Source of the DNA: Lytechinus pictus
Lineage: Eukaryota
Direction: 5' to 3'
DNA length: 64,000 nt
Assembly (NCBI RefSeq): GCF_037042905.1
Contig: NC_087245.1
Location: 25,670,001 to 25,734,000, forward strand
Below are positions 23,879 to 37,100 of this stretch, piece after piece. Positions within the stretch are counted from its first letter, which is position 1, and each line of letters starts with the position of its first letter. The notes under the pieces were generated by a model. The model was not told where the DNA came from and searched no databases. It saw only the letters and a list, made by a program, of their open reading frames with translations. The position numbers were made by a program, and so were the translations under genes.

Positions 23879-26424
23879 ATAATTGTGGGAACAATATTTT
23901 CATTTGAATTATATTAAACCTTACCATAGCCAATAGAGTGGCTTACCGTACCTAGTAGGAAACTATGAGGGTGTGTAGGCATCCACCTCGATGTGGAACC
24001 CTTTTGAAAAGTTTCACGGTTTACTCATTCTAAATCATGTGACAGTTGGGACATTGCATGAATGTAGGAATAAACATTAAATTGAAAAGACATCTGTTAC
24101 GCAGACGTCATCAAACATTCCTCTCTGGTTATATTGGCTGTTGGTGATGCGTCCATGAATACTGATCATTCGGGATTAGACTTACGGGTCAGTCGGGTTT
24201 ATAGGCTCGACTAAACAGTATATTTTATTAATCAGATTCATATGATTGCTTTATACATGTAGTTTTATGGGAGGTCAGTAGTTAACCAGTATCCATTCTA
24301 GCTAATGCAAGGTAATGCCGAATGTTTGGAAGGAATAAAGAGGACACCATTTTAACGATCTATGCTGCTCTGAGACTTCACGAATAGAGAAGGCCGTTAT
24401 TCTCTCTGAATGACAAAGGCCAATCCAGATCATCCTTGCATGCGCTTTTCGTTCAAACACTGATCAGGAACCAATCAAAGTGGTTCTTTCATATTTGCAA
24501 TCCATCACAAACCTTGGTGTAACAGCGCCCAGAACTATCAGCACATATAAACAACAGCAATAAAAACAACAACAACAACCTAATACTTGAATATCCAAAA
24601 TAGAACCCTTTCAACTCTTCCACACGAATATAGTCTTTAATAATATTAAATGAATCAGATTTTGAGAAGGAAAACGTGTTTTTTTTTCTTCAGGAGTATG
24701 TTGCGATAAGTTGCCAATCGCTATATTTCTTCAAAAGCTACACAAACCCGCCTATACTACAGTATACAAAGAAATGAAATATAGGCCATGCAACACAAGG
24801 AAGTTAGAAATAAAAAGAAGAAATATATAGGCCTCTTGAGAAAATGTGCTTAATTTGTTAATCTGATCCCGTTGGCCGGTACATTCCTTGGGCAGAAGCA
24901 GAGTGGCGCCACACTGAACGAATTCATAAGTACATGTAAACAAATTATCAATAACATGCTAAAGAAAATCTTTCCCCCAGATAGTGTGGATCAAGTGCAT
25001 GTGGGTTACGACGAGACAGCATCCATCGAGTCCGATAATCCATAACAGACCCTTTTTTATTTGATTTCACACCTAGTTAAGGAGCGAAACGTCATGGTGA
25101 CTTTATGAGCCTTTAGGGATTGGTTTTAACTTTACCTCTTATGACCCCCCTGTTTGTCTCTACCAATGAGAACAGTCGACTTTGGAATTAGTCACACCAT
25201 CACACGTGCGTTTCATTTTCTCTTTTCAAACTGTCATCACCAGGGATGTGGAGTCAGCAATCTACTCCACGTACAATTTCATGACTTTGAACCACACGAA
25301 TCCCGTTTGATACCCATCTACGTATAAAGCACATCATTCATCCGTGTTCTTTACTCTCGAATATCCGTCAGAATCATACTTTAAATTCAGAGCACTTGAA
25401 TCAAAACAAAAGCAGCGTATAATGATATTCTAGGCTTTTCAGAATGTCCTGGAGACGGAAAGGTAATATCTGAGTCTTCTTGTGAGTGGGGATTCTAACA
25501 AACGTGATTATGATTGAAGCAGAATGACAAAACATAAATATCCTGTAAAATATAACTCCTTTGGTCTTGAACAACTTGTTGTGTGGTTCTCGGAACAAAC
25601 CTTAAAAAAATGCAATACTTTGAAGTTTGAATGGTTTTAAATAATATTAAGAAGGCAACATAAAATGTAAGAGAATGTAGGCCTACACATGAACCGTTGC
25701 TGCCTATCGGATGTCAAGACAAGCACTTGTTTAGTATCCACATCACATTGCGAATTGCTCTTGGCCAAAGAACAATCTCCTGCGATCTACGACCATGTTA
25801 GATGTCATATTTTATGCTTGTCATATACTATTATCCATTTTCTGATTTCACTGATATTGCATGTGTGTGCTTGCGTTTAATCTGTTTTCATGGGGAGTTT
25901 TGTCTCTTTGGTGGATCAAATAAAGGCCTTACCGATAACCGGCTCGGACATAGGATCGGGCCATCTTTCCGCATCGGAAAAAACATCGGCATCAGCACAT
26001 ATTTTGTTGGGTGTGCTGATGCGCACAGCCGCAAATTCAAGTTCTCTGCTCGTTTAAATATAATAATGAACGATCGATGGTAGGGGAATGGAATTATTTT
26101 TTTATTTAAACAGTCATGAGGCTATCTGCATTCGCCGAGTCAATAAAAAGTAACAATCCTTCGTCCTAGGGTCCATTGGCCCTCTCACGCCTATGGTACA
26201 GCTTTGGGTGTGTTTTGGGGCCGACAAAAGCCAGAACATGCATGGGGTATGATAATGTTATTTTACTCTGAGCAATAGGACAGAACTATGAAATAGACAA
26301 TTACGAGGAACATCCCTTTCACATAGTGTTTCACACTGTGAACACACTGTGGCAAACACTGTGGGACATATTTTTGTCGGGAAAATACAGACATGACATG
26401 ACGTGATTTCTGGAAGTTGCCTAC

Positions 26425-26650
26425 CTTTCGCACAGTATGCCATGTTACATCCTCTGGCAGGCTGCAGAAGATAGACGAAGAAATCACCACAGTTGGTCAC
26501 CGTGACGGGAAAGCTGAAGAAACAGCAAGATTGGGTAGAAGATGGAGTCCAGGAAACACATGCAGCATGTCGGGCACTCTCTCCTGGAGGAGGGAGGCTG
26601 TCACCCTTGGTGTCTAACCAGATTGGTGCTTCTGTTCCACACTGATTTAC
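26425..26650 (-). CDS. VWDE: VWDE-like exon 3 (second half of D8C domain): VNQCGTEAPIWLDTKGDSLPPPGESARHAACVSWTPSSTQSCCFFSFPVTVTNCGDFFVYLLQPARGCNMAYCAK(E)
   Basis: Acceptor tttatttccag, donor AAG|gtaggc, 226 nt, phase 0-1. CGT.APIWL, CC, NCG.FFVYLLQP and YCA motifs. Confidence 0.95.
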
Positions 26651-26666
26651 CTGGAAATAAAGAAAG

Positions 26667-26745
26667 TGTGGTAGCTAAATTGGTAGAGCAGCGGAGCCTT
26701 GTATCATGGAGACCTGGGTTCGTAACAAAACTGACGGACCTTTAC
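26667..26745 (+). mobile_element. tRNA-derived SINE head (degenerate)
   Basis: A-box-like TAGCTAAATTGG (26672-26683) followed by TAGAGCA; B-box-like GGTTCGTAAC (26717-26726); no intact cloverleaf. Confidence 0.55.
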
Positions 26746-26859
26746 AAAGGCAACACCATGCAGGTCCATCAAAGACATCGGTCTCCAGGCTGCTCAGCAG
26801 CACGATACTCTTATATATGTACCACAACACAATGACAGTGATAATGTACCTTCTTTTGC

Positions 26860-27137
26860 GTTCGATGAGTATCAGCTTGCTATCAGAAACATTTTCAAAT
26901 TGTCATTCCCTTTTTTTAGTTTCGAAAATAATCACAATAAATCAAAAACATAGTGTAGACCCACTGACATATTAAACAATTATAGACTCTACCTTAATTT
27001 GTGTTCTACGAGTATCAGCTTGCTATCAGAAGCATTTTCCAATAGTCATTCTTTTTTTATTTCGAAAATAAATTGCAAGAAATCAAGAACATAGTCTAGA
27101 CTCACTGACAGATTAAACAGTTATGGTTGCTAAATTT
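26860..27137 (+). repeat. Diverged tandem duplication, ~143-bp period, in VWDE intron 2
   Basis: GAGTATCAGCTTGCTATCAGAA...CATAGT.TAGAC.CACTGACA.ATTAAACA.TTAT occurs twice. Confidence 0.88.
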
Positions 27138-27365
27138 CTCAAAAGAATATTGACATCGTCTTAAAGCTCGTTAACCCCATTGCAATAGATGATTTAATAA
27201 AAGCCAAAGCGATATTATCCAAACGTTTCGTGTACTATCACATATCATTGATATTTTTGCCGAACCTTATACCAGGGACTCTGCACTCTCCGGCATAAGA
27301 TATCGGGAGCATTGTAATTCATTATCATAACTTTGGTCATCGTGAAAGCACTAACGATACATTAC

Positions 27366-27529
27366 CTGGACACATTCAGTTGGCAGTTCTGCTGATTTTC
27401 CGTAAATGGTGAATCGGTACCAGCCTCTTTCAATGGATTTATCGCATAATTTAATTGTCATTGCAGAAGCAGAGTACTCAACACTTCGATACGGGCTATC
27501 GAGGATACGATGTTCTTCAGGAGAGCACT
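27366..27529 (-). CDS. VWDE: VWDE-like exon 2 (first half of D8C domain): (E)CSPEEHRILDSPYRSVEYSASAMTIKLCDKSIERGWYRFTIYGKSAELPTECVQ
   Basis: Acceptor atttcag, donor CAG|gtaatg, 164 nt, phase 1-0. SPYRS, CD...GWYRF and PTECV motifs of the UMOD/GP2/VWDE D8C domain. Confidence 0.93.
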
Positions 27530-27639
27530 CTGAAATATAATAAAACACAAAAGGACATGTAAAGTGATGAATATAATGTACACATGCAATAAAATAGGGA
27601 AAATCAAACAAACTTAACACAGACAATTTTATCAGAACA

Positions 27640-28268
27640 AGATTTAGATTAAAAAAAAAAAGACATTTTAAAGTTGAGCTTAATTTCACTAAACAGTAAT
27701 ACACACAGCCTGGTCGGTCGGTATGCAAATAAGGGAACTGATGACCTCACCCACTCAGTATTTCTTTTTGTATTCTACTATAAAAAATGAAATATTTTTA
27801 TTTTCTCTTCATTACAATGTGAAACAAATATTCGATTCCTCTATGAACATGTAGACTTCCTTATCAGAAAGAACACACTGTGAAGCACAGTGTAACAACA
27901 CTAGACATGTGTCTCACACTGTGATCATCGTCATTCCACTGTGATAAAGTGGTGCATCTTTTCACTCTACTAAATGTGTATGTGTAAAAATCACCGTGTT
28001 GATACACTGTGTACCAAACTCATGTAATTCATATGAAATGAAATGCAAAAGAAATATTGAGTGACATCATTGACTTATCATTTGCACATCACTGTGTTGT
28101 GAATAGGTTATAGGCCTACCACTGTGTAGTGAATAGGCCTATAACTGTTTCGTTCAAAATAAGTTTCTTATTTCAAAACCGATTTCGCTAAATTTTTCGT
28201 TATAGTTGTTCGATTGTTTTTTCTTTTTATTCCAACCATCTTTTTGTTGGGATGAACTTGACCTTCAA
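27640..28268. mobile_element. Degenerate copy of the Kolobok-like family at 28790, containing a CACTGTG-rich insert
   Basis: Right end TTTTTGTTGGGATGAACTTGACCTT and internal similarity (TGATGAC.TCAC.CACTCA.TATTTCTTTT) to 28790-29404. Confidence 0.55.
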
Positions 28269-28789
28269 TAGTCAATTGAATTGTACCAAACAAACAAATC
28301 TTGCCTACAGTCACGCGAGAATACCATCCGGGGATTATTGTGGATACAACCCGATTATGACGTCAATATAGTTCAAAAGTTTAGGAGCGAAGACTTAACC
28401 GCTTACTGCTGGGGTGTAAACCGCCACATATTAAATCTTTTACATATTAATATTCCTCACTTCATTGATTAAAAGCAAATATCATCATGTCATCGGGCTG
28501 ATTTGAATAAATGAATGAATGAAGATAGAAAATAAGATAAGCATTAATTACCTTTCGTAAAAATGGGATGTATAATAAGAAAAGAACGTTTTAAACGGAA
28601 ATATGCATTACATGGTTAATATGCGAGTGAAAAAGCACAATTGATATTTCTATGTGTTTGAATTTTGAATTATTGTTTAAATTTTCAAGTGTTATTTTTT
28701 TTCATGATTTCCAATCAAATACGTATACATTTGATGCGAACCCAGATTTAATTTTTACGTCCTCCCAATTTCTGTTATGAAGATGTTAA

Positions 28790-29404
28790 AGGTCAAGTCC
28801 ACCCGAGATGAATGTTGATTTGAATAAATAGAGAAAAATAAAACAATCATTATGCTGAAAATTTCATCAAAATCGGATGTAAAATAAGAAAGTTATGACA
28901 TTTTAATCGTTCGCTTATTTTTCACAAAACAGTGATTTGCACAGCTCAGTGACATGCAAATGGGACAATCGATGATGTCCATCACTCACTATTTCTTTTG
29001 TTTTTTATTGTTTGAATATACAATATTTCATTTTTTACAGATTTGACAACAAGGACCAACTTGATCGAATCATATAGCATACTATCATATAGCATACTAC
29101 ATGTGCAATACTAATTGCACATGTTCGCCAGGAATTAATCGTTGTTTCACACGACAACAGGGAGAAAATCGGAATATTTCATATAATAAAATACAAAAGA
29201 AATAGTGAGTGAGTGATGTCATCAGTCTCATCATTTGCATACCGACAAGGATGTGAATATAACTGTTTTATGAAATTAGGCGAAACTTTAAATTGTCGTC
29301 ACTTTCTTATTATACATCCGACTTTGATGAAATTTTCAGTGTTATGCTTGTTGGATTTTTTTCCTTTTATTTGAATCAACTTTTTGTTGGGGTGGACTTG
29401 TCCT
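28790..29404. mobile_element. Non-autonomous TTAA-target DNA transposon (Kolobok-like)
   Basis: TIR AGGTCAAGTCCACCC / GGGTGGACTTGTCCT, TTAA on both sides, ~115-bp subterminal inverted repeats. Fragments of the same family at ~37090-37220, ~53714-53815 and 60697-61841. Confidence 0.88.
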
Positions 29405-32400
29405 TTAAATGTATAAGGTAATATGAAAATGCGCGCTTATATGCTTTATATTTTCTCCTCATTTTTGTTATAAAGATGCAACTTCACATTTACAGGTAGC
29501 GTTGGCGAGTATTTTTTCATTGAACTTTATGTAATGAACAGGGGCAGGTGAATGTGGTATGTCAGGCTTACCTTGCCCACACATCAATGGTTCCCACTCA
29601 AACACCTGTCCTCCGACGACTCCTCTCGTTAAATTTCCTCATAAAAATCATCCAGGCATGCTTGCGGCAGCCCCACCCCCCGCCTCAACTCACATAGCTG
29701 AATGAATTTATTTTCTACATCATGTTCACCAATGTCATATAATACAGACGTTTAGAGATAAGTCGCAGGAGTATGTAAAAAAAAACTATTAAAAAACATT
29801 GAATTTGGATGAGAAAAGTTTAATTTTTCCATGATTTCGTGAAGCAGTACAGGTATGAAATTAAGAATATAGAAATAATAGAAAGAGAGAGGTAAAATAT
29901 TTTTCAATTTACCTACCGATGTTGAGGAGTTGGAATCTTTCATTATAGTTGGATAAATTAAATTTTGTATTTTCTTGGAAATGAGAAATTTTAGCCAGCT
30001 TGTTCCATGATGACATGAATGTGGGTGGAGAGTGGAAGTTACAACTTTTTCTTCATCACTTTCTATGCGAGGAAGCGTCATCAAGATTATAGTATTTTGT
30101 AAATCATTTCACATAAGTCATTCCAACAGATGAGCAGGGTGAACAAAAAAAAATTCTACGAGAAGCGTGCATTTTAAAGATTAACTTGCGTGTCAAAATT
30201 TGTAACAAGACCAGCTCAGATCTTTCCACATTTCCAAATTTCCTGGTAATTTGCCCCCTTTTTCCTCTTCAAGAAACCCTTCAATTTTCCCTTGCATAAT
30301 GACATGAGTCAAACAAAATATAAAAATAAATGGCCAACATGGTATTAACTGAGTGATGAAACTTGGGTATCCGGAGAGGTGGGTTTCTGACGTCACAGGT
30401 TAGGTCACGTGGTGTCTGCTGCTCGCGATTACTGGGGCAGGTGTTTTGACGGGGAAGGGTTTGCACGCAACTCTGCAGGGGGTCTATGCCTACTCTTGAG
30501 CGGTCCTACTAAAGTCGTCATTAATAATTACCTATGACATATCAAAATTATGATGTATATCTTCATTGTTTGATTGCCTCTGGAAAATTCAGTTATATAA
30601 CAGGCCTACACTTGATGGGAAATCGAGTACTTAACGCAAAGGGGACTTAAAACACCCCCTACCCTCTAAAATATTTCTAGGGATGCTGTGTATGTCCTAC
30701 ACAATAAGTAGAACCCCCTGGAAATCATGATGCTATGCTAAAATGTATTTTTTTTAAAACCAAAATCACCTTCATTTTGGAGCGAAAACCTTTTATCTTT
30801 TCTTGCTGCTTGTCATTTTTTTTTGTATTCCTTGATGTTATCGACAAAAAATTCTTACAAATGTATTTCCAAAAATATTTGTTTATAAGAATGTTAAAAT
30901 CATCAATCCATATCGACTACGCCTATCATGTTACAATACATTGGGGAGTTAACTTGGCAGAAGAAGGTGCGCGTAAACACAATATTATTAATACCTCCAT
31001 CATCTGATACAGACAGGCACTTCTGCATTATTTCCTGTCCTTGACAACCTAACTGTACAAGACACGTGTGACATACCAATCCCTCTTAAATACGGTAAAG
31101 GTCATTACTACCAAACTAAAGGTCATTGACCTTTCAATTCCACTGTACGAGGCTAAAGATTCCATCCGGGAGAATATTATGATGAATTGAAAATGAACAA
31201 ATGAAAAAGGAAAAATAAATAATTCGGTTTTTCCACTTCCTGGCATGGTGATTGTTTTGCCTTGACAAGGATCGAAGGGTGTGAAAATAAGTCCCGTTTT
31301 AAGTTTCTCTTAAGTGTTCTACTTTCTTCTTGTCTTCGACACAACATTGTGTTTGCATTCCTGCTTTACTATGATCAAAGCCTGCAGGGCTTTTGACATT
31401 TTCAGACGACATGCCTTTCAAAGTTGCACGAAGAACTACAAAATTAAATTAAAGCCGACCTACTTCCTACATTCGCCTCCAATCTACTAAACTAAAGTTT
31501 ACCAAAGAGAGAGAGAGAGAGAGAAGAGCCGACAGGAATCAAGGGCACGCAAGGTTAATGGAAAGTGTCCATTTTGGGTCAATATTATGTTGTAAGTGGG
31601 GATTCGACAAGCTTTAAATTGAAACATACCCTTGCAAGATGTCCCTAGGGCTACGAATCGGAGGAAGGTGAAATAATACCCAAGTTTTAATTCAAAACAT
31701 GATCAAGAAGTTTTTACTTTCCAGGCATTCGGTGACAGACTGCATACGAAAAGGTATACTTGGCGTTTCATCTATCATATTAAAATATCAGGAAAATGTT
31801 ATACTGGCCAAAATTGCTTTGTGGATACAAAATAATAACCTCGAACAATATGTAATGTTCCCTTTTTACCTAAAATGTAAGTGAAGGCAAATACGAAATG
31901 AGAAGTATGTCAGCGGTTGAATCAATTAGCATGTTGGGTATTATGGGTATTTATCAGCTCTATAAATGCATCCTTCCTGTTAATAAAGAACAGTTCAATG
32001 ACCTAATCTGTCATTACGGCTTTTGCTATGTCAATGTTCCAGTCACGATTAATTATCCACCAATATATACAACCTCAAACAATAACAGATGGATTGACTT
32101 TGATTCTTTTTTGATAATGCTGGGTTAACTAAACTTAACTAATAATGATACAAATTACAAACACCTAAAAAAAAATCATCTTAGTTATACAAGAAATAAA
32201 GCAGACAAATACAAATTTATAAAAATTGAAAGAAAAGCAGAAAAACCTTTAATGAAATATGGCTTAATTAGATCTTGTTTGAAACAACTCCTAACTTACG
32301 ACCTTTTTTAAAAACACCTACCTTTTTTGCTAGTATACTGTGTGAGCGCTAAACAAAATGACGCTTGCCATTGCAATTTCAGTTGCATTGAAATATGAAC

Positions 32401-33494
32401 ACAGGTAAATTATCTATATGTAGATGCGCCATGGGATAGTGACACTCACTTCGGAAAGATTATGACACACTGCTCATTACAAATCATCGATTGATTTTAA
32501 CATATTTTTTGAGCAGCCTGGTTCACTAATTTGAAGGAATTTATCAGCTTGTTCTCGCTTGCTAAAGACGCTAGCACTGCCGAAGCTCTGTTACAACCAG
32601 TCAGTGACGCAGCGACGCATAATGTTACACCAACCAACAATGTCGCATAGTGTGACATTGCTGAGCTCTCATTTTGCATGACGGAGGCTTCTGCGACGTT
32701 GAAGTTGACGATTGAATCATCTGCACTTGCGTCAATTCTACGGTTTCGTCATTTATCCAGTTTTTACGACTGTCTTCAGGTTGAATCAGTGGTGTGCTGA
32801 AAAAGACACCACATCGATATTAGAATTGGTCACGTGATACTTTAAATCAGTAAGTCAATTCGAGTATACTTCCTCGTTTTCCCCTGAAACTGGCTGCATT
32901 ACACACAGACACACCCGCACACACATACATATATAATCTTTTGTACTTCTTTGTCAACGACCAGTATGTCTGTTGCCAGGCAGGAATCTTAGGCCTGCAA
33001 TCTGTCCTTAAAATTTAGACGAATTATTCGCAGACGAAAATAATGTAACAATAGACGGCGCAAATATAGTTTCAACCGTCGTAGAATAAAGTATCCGTTG
33101 TCCAAAACGAAAACTCATGCGTCTTGTCCACTAATGGACGTGACGCAAGTAAGTGACAATAACGTCGTCCACAGAGCATGCACAAGCACTTTGCACATAC
33201 TACATGTCCACTATCCTGGCGAAAGAAGTGATTTGGGAGATATCCAAAGTGTCGATATGTCAGGCAATGTTAGTGAAGTTTGAGCATGCTCAGTGTCTCG
33301 CATTGCTCCACTCCATCGACTTTGAATATCGTGAACATAAAACATGCTATAATGACGTACTTCATGTCTATCATGTCTATTAGTAGACGTGGAAGTAAAA
33401 CAAAAGTCCCCAATGGCACAGACAACGAATAGTCTCACGCATAATTTCACATATTCTGACGCATGAAGGTTAAATAAAGTTCTCAGAAACGGAT

Positions 33495-34190
33495 TACAAT
33501 TGTCTTGTGGGATAGCTATGGAAATTATAATTTTTAAACAATAAACTTAGTAGAACTGGCAATTCGCCACGATAAATAAGACAGGATGGATATGATATAA
33601 GTGATTTTCAAAACTATATTAGAAAAAATGAATTCGTCTATCTTTGTGAATTGCGATTCTTATCCGTGGCTGAATAATTAATTCCAGAGAAGATGCTAAT
33701 AGCTAACAAGTCCCGAAATTAAAACATGGGGGTATAATCTGGGTAAAACATTTGAGGGAATGTAACAATTTTGTGACTCAATTTCAACAATATCAATTAT
33801 AGTATTATTCAGGGAGATCTTTCAAAGTAAATCTGAATTTGAATTGCTAAAATAAATCACATAGTGTATTTTTCTGCACACTCAAAGAAAATTGTTACAA
33901 CAAATCTAATCGTAGATATACATGTACCTGTGTTCAGTGTTTTATGTGTTTTAAAGGGTACCTTGACTTTTTAAAGAAAAGAAAGCACTGGTGTCATTGG
34001 CAGAAATATAGACGAAAGGGGCTTGAAATAATTTAAACAATCATTAATGAAAAAATGAACAGCAAAGGGGAAAAAGTGGACCCTGTGGTACTCACTATGA
34101 TTTCAGAATTATAATCATTAAAAAAAAAACCTGGCTTCTTCGAAAAAAAACACTTCTATATACCACTCCAATGTCCTAAATGTAATGCAT
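33495..34190 (-). mobile_element. Decayed LINE (CR1/L2/Crack group) ORF2 reverse transcriptase and C-terminal remnant
   Basis: Frameshifted VPQG...PLLFI.FIND (from 34091 down), a degenerate FADDT equivalent reading SANDT (~33989-34005) and C-terminal HSYPTR (33503-33521), in the expected order. Confidence 0.7.
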
Positions 34191-37100
34191 TGCTCAGGAC
34201 CGAACTCCGAACCCTGAATTTTCTTGTAGTCAGGAACCTTCGATTACTTGGCCAAAGCATAACATGTTGTATTCGTGGTAGACTTTCCTTAATACCAAAT
34301 TGTTTATTATTTATCAAAGTTTGAATCATGGCCCGTGCTTGCAGACTATGGACTCTATCAGTAGATAAGCCATACTTCCCCACTGTTAGAACAGGGACTC
34401 AGTCTGCGGTCACCGCACCCAAAGAGCAGGCTCAAGAAGACTGCGTTACGGAACCGTTCTGGGTCAAAGAGATGCGCTCTTTCTTGGCGACCTACTTATT
34501 ATTTTGAAGGCATGGAGGGAGGGAGGGTGGTATGACAAAGATGTGATGACAGAGAAACCTTGTCACACAGAGCATGGAATCTGACTCACAGCTTGTTCTT
34601 AAGGTGAAACTCGAGAAAGATTGGATCAGTTTTGTGTGTAATAATTGTCAGGAGAATTCACGTACTAGTACTTGTGCCGAATGATGCAGACTGAAGTACA
34701 GTAGAGTAGGCTGAGATGGTAATTAACAAAATATTTCAATCAGGATTATTAACATAATTGACCTCAGACAACATACTGTTAAATATGCCTTAATAGTTAG
34801 GTTCAGTTTGAATTGAGATGGTTAAGGCCTAAAAAATATCCTACTAAGATAGAGAGGATACGAAATCTGTAATAAGGTGTGAGGCGATATTCCTGATATT
34901 TCGGAAGTTCCTTAAAATCATTATTCGCAGCTCCAAAAATATCTCAGGAGACGAGATTAAGAGCCTATGTTTAATAAAAATTTATCATAACTCTCTGGAT
35001 AAGTAATGTCAAGTAATGTCAAGTAAAACTGATTCATAACTGTAAAAGGGGCATTTTTTCAAATTAACTCCCCAACACTTCAAGTGAATGAATATGATTT
35101 TATTTATTTTAATTTCTATTCAAAATAGTCTATTGGGTACATAAATAGGCATACAGTGTACATAGATAAGCAAAACGACAATCTAGAGAGGGCTGCCAGT
35201 TGTTGTCAATGACTTTGCCTATTTCCCAAACCTCAAGGATTTTAAGGGCTCAAAATGATTAGCTAAGCTAAAACATTATTTGGTTATAATCTAATCTCCA
35301 GCTCAAGGGAACATTCTAATCGAAAAGGGTTTCAAATTTAAAAAAATGCTTGGACTGAGTGAACAAAATATGTTTATTTGTAAAAAGCGTGTAGAAATCT
35401 CCTTCAAATTTATGAAGAATATGATATGTTCCAATATAAAATAATCAGTAAACTTTGTATGACTGAATAATGAACCTTTTCAACATTTGAAAATGTGTTT
35501 TAAAAAGCTCATATCAATATTACTTTATCGTTAGAGTTCTCGATCTTTATTTACTAATATATATTTTCAATAGCTATTTTACCATATTTAATGTAGATAA
35601 TGATAGCGATTGTCAGTATAAGATACAGTGTAGATTAAAGGTCGAGTATATGGGTTTCATGCGGTATTCTGAATAAGAATCGCAAAGTCCAGTATCAGTA
35701 ATATAGGCCTACCAATGATATGGTTTAAAAGAACAAGCAACAACACCAACAATTTCGTCAAAATCAGACGAGGAATATCAGGGTTAGGGCATTTCGAATT
35801 CCTACATTATTTCAGTGAAACAGTTATTCACAACTGTAAATATTAGGTTACAGAGCACATGTCAAAACATTTCTAACACATGAGTATTTGTTTTATCCCT
35901 ACACAAGTTTATACTCAAGTTATCGTTTTATCGAAAACCTACTTTTATTATACGTTTCCACGCAAATGGTTTGATACCATTTAAGAGATGATTCGATATT
36001 GTATTCAATAGTTGATTCCATACTTGGTGCTATTTCTGAAGATTTTTTTTTGTTGTATTCACAAAATGGCCGCAATCACACCACAAAGATCGACTACAAA
36101 ACGATCGATTGTTGCCATTATGTGCAACGTGATAGTTTTGATCGATCACGACGTTGTTTCGTTAGTGTGACCGAGTCATGTCAATTCAAAAGAAAGGCCA
36201 TACAGGTCTCCACATTTAGGCCTAAGTAACAAGTGCTCATCAACCACAAACGATCAAAAAAGATTCCACGTAGTGACAAACTATCCACCATTATTAGATT
36301 CTAATTACAAATGAATGAAACTTTTCCGAGGTTTTTAAAGGCAGTTCCCATTGGTTCTTTTAATGGACAGTATTTGGAGCGTTTCTTTTGATCTCTAAAA
36401 TGAACATATATGGGAGGAGATTAGCTTAATCCCAGAGAAAGTTGCCCAAACAGACCGTAAAAATAGGGCGCGATGTAGTTCTTGAGTAAGGTAGATCTAT
36501 TTGTAACATATCCAAAGTATGATCAATACAAAATAATTATAGAAGTCTCGATGGACCCTAAAGATAATTATGTAAATTCGGATTTAGATCTAGCGTTATT
36601 TCCTTTCATTTCTATTTTTGAATTCTCATCCTATACAACTCCGATGGGTATGCCCTAACAAGTGAGAAATCTAAATTGAGTCACTAACAATATCGAAGAA
36701 AAAAAGTAATAAGACCAAAAAACATCACCACTCGATGTAATCATATTAAAGAACTAACGTTTTAAATATACTTTCACTTGACTCAAATCTATAAAGAAGG
36801 CAATATTAACATGATTATAACTATGTTTGTCTCCGGCGAGAAAACAAATTATGGCAATAAGTTAATCAATACGAAGAAAATTAAATGAAATACGTGGGAA
36901 AGTAAATACAGAGATAAATAAATATATAGATAAATAAATGAATGAATAAATAAATAAAACAAACGTTGAAAAAAAAGTGGATATCAAGGACTCACGCAAC
37001 CTCTGGATGTGGCTTGAATAGAAATACGAACGAAATAGCGCGTGAATTCATCGCTTCCCAAGCTTAGTTTACATAATAACAATAATGTGCACATCACAGT

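Noticed and set aside
29572..29660. Strong minus-strand donor AAG|gtaagc as a possible extra VWDE exon
   Set aside because: The phase-1 frame meets a TGA shortly upstream, there is no good acceptor, and exon 1 already joins exon 2 cleanly.
31076..31246. Hydrophobic minus-strand ORF with a gtatgt donor as first exon
   Set aside because: The donor is phase 2 in that frame, incompatible with exon 2; the phase-1 frame has a stop.
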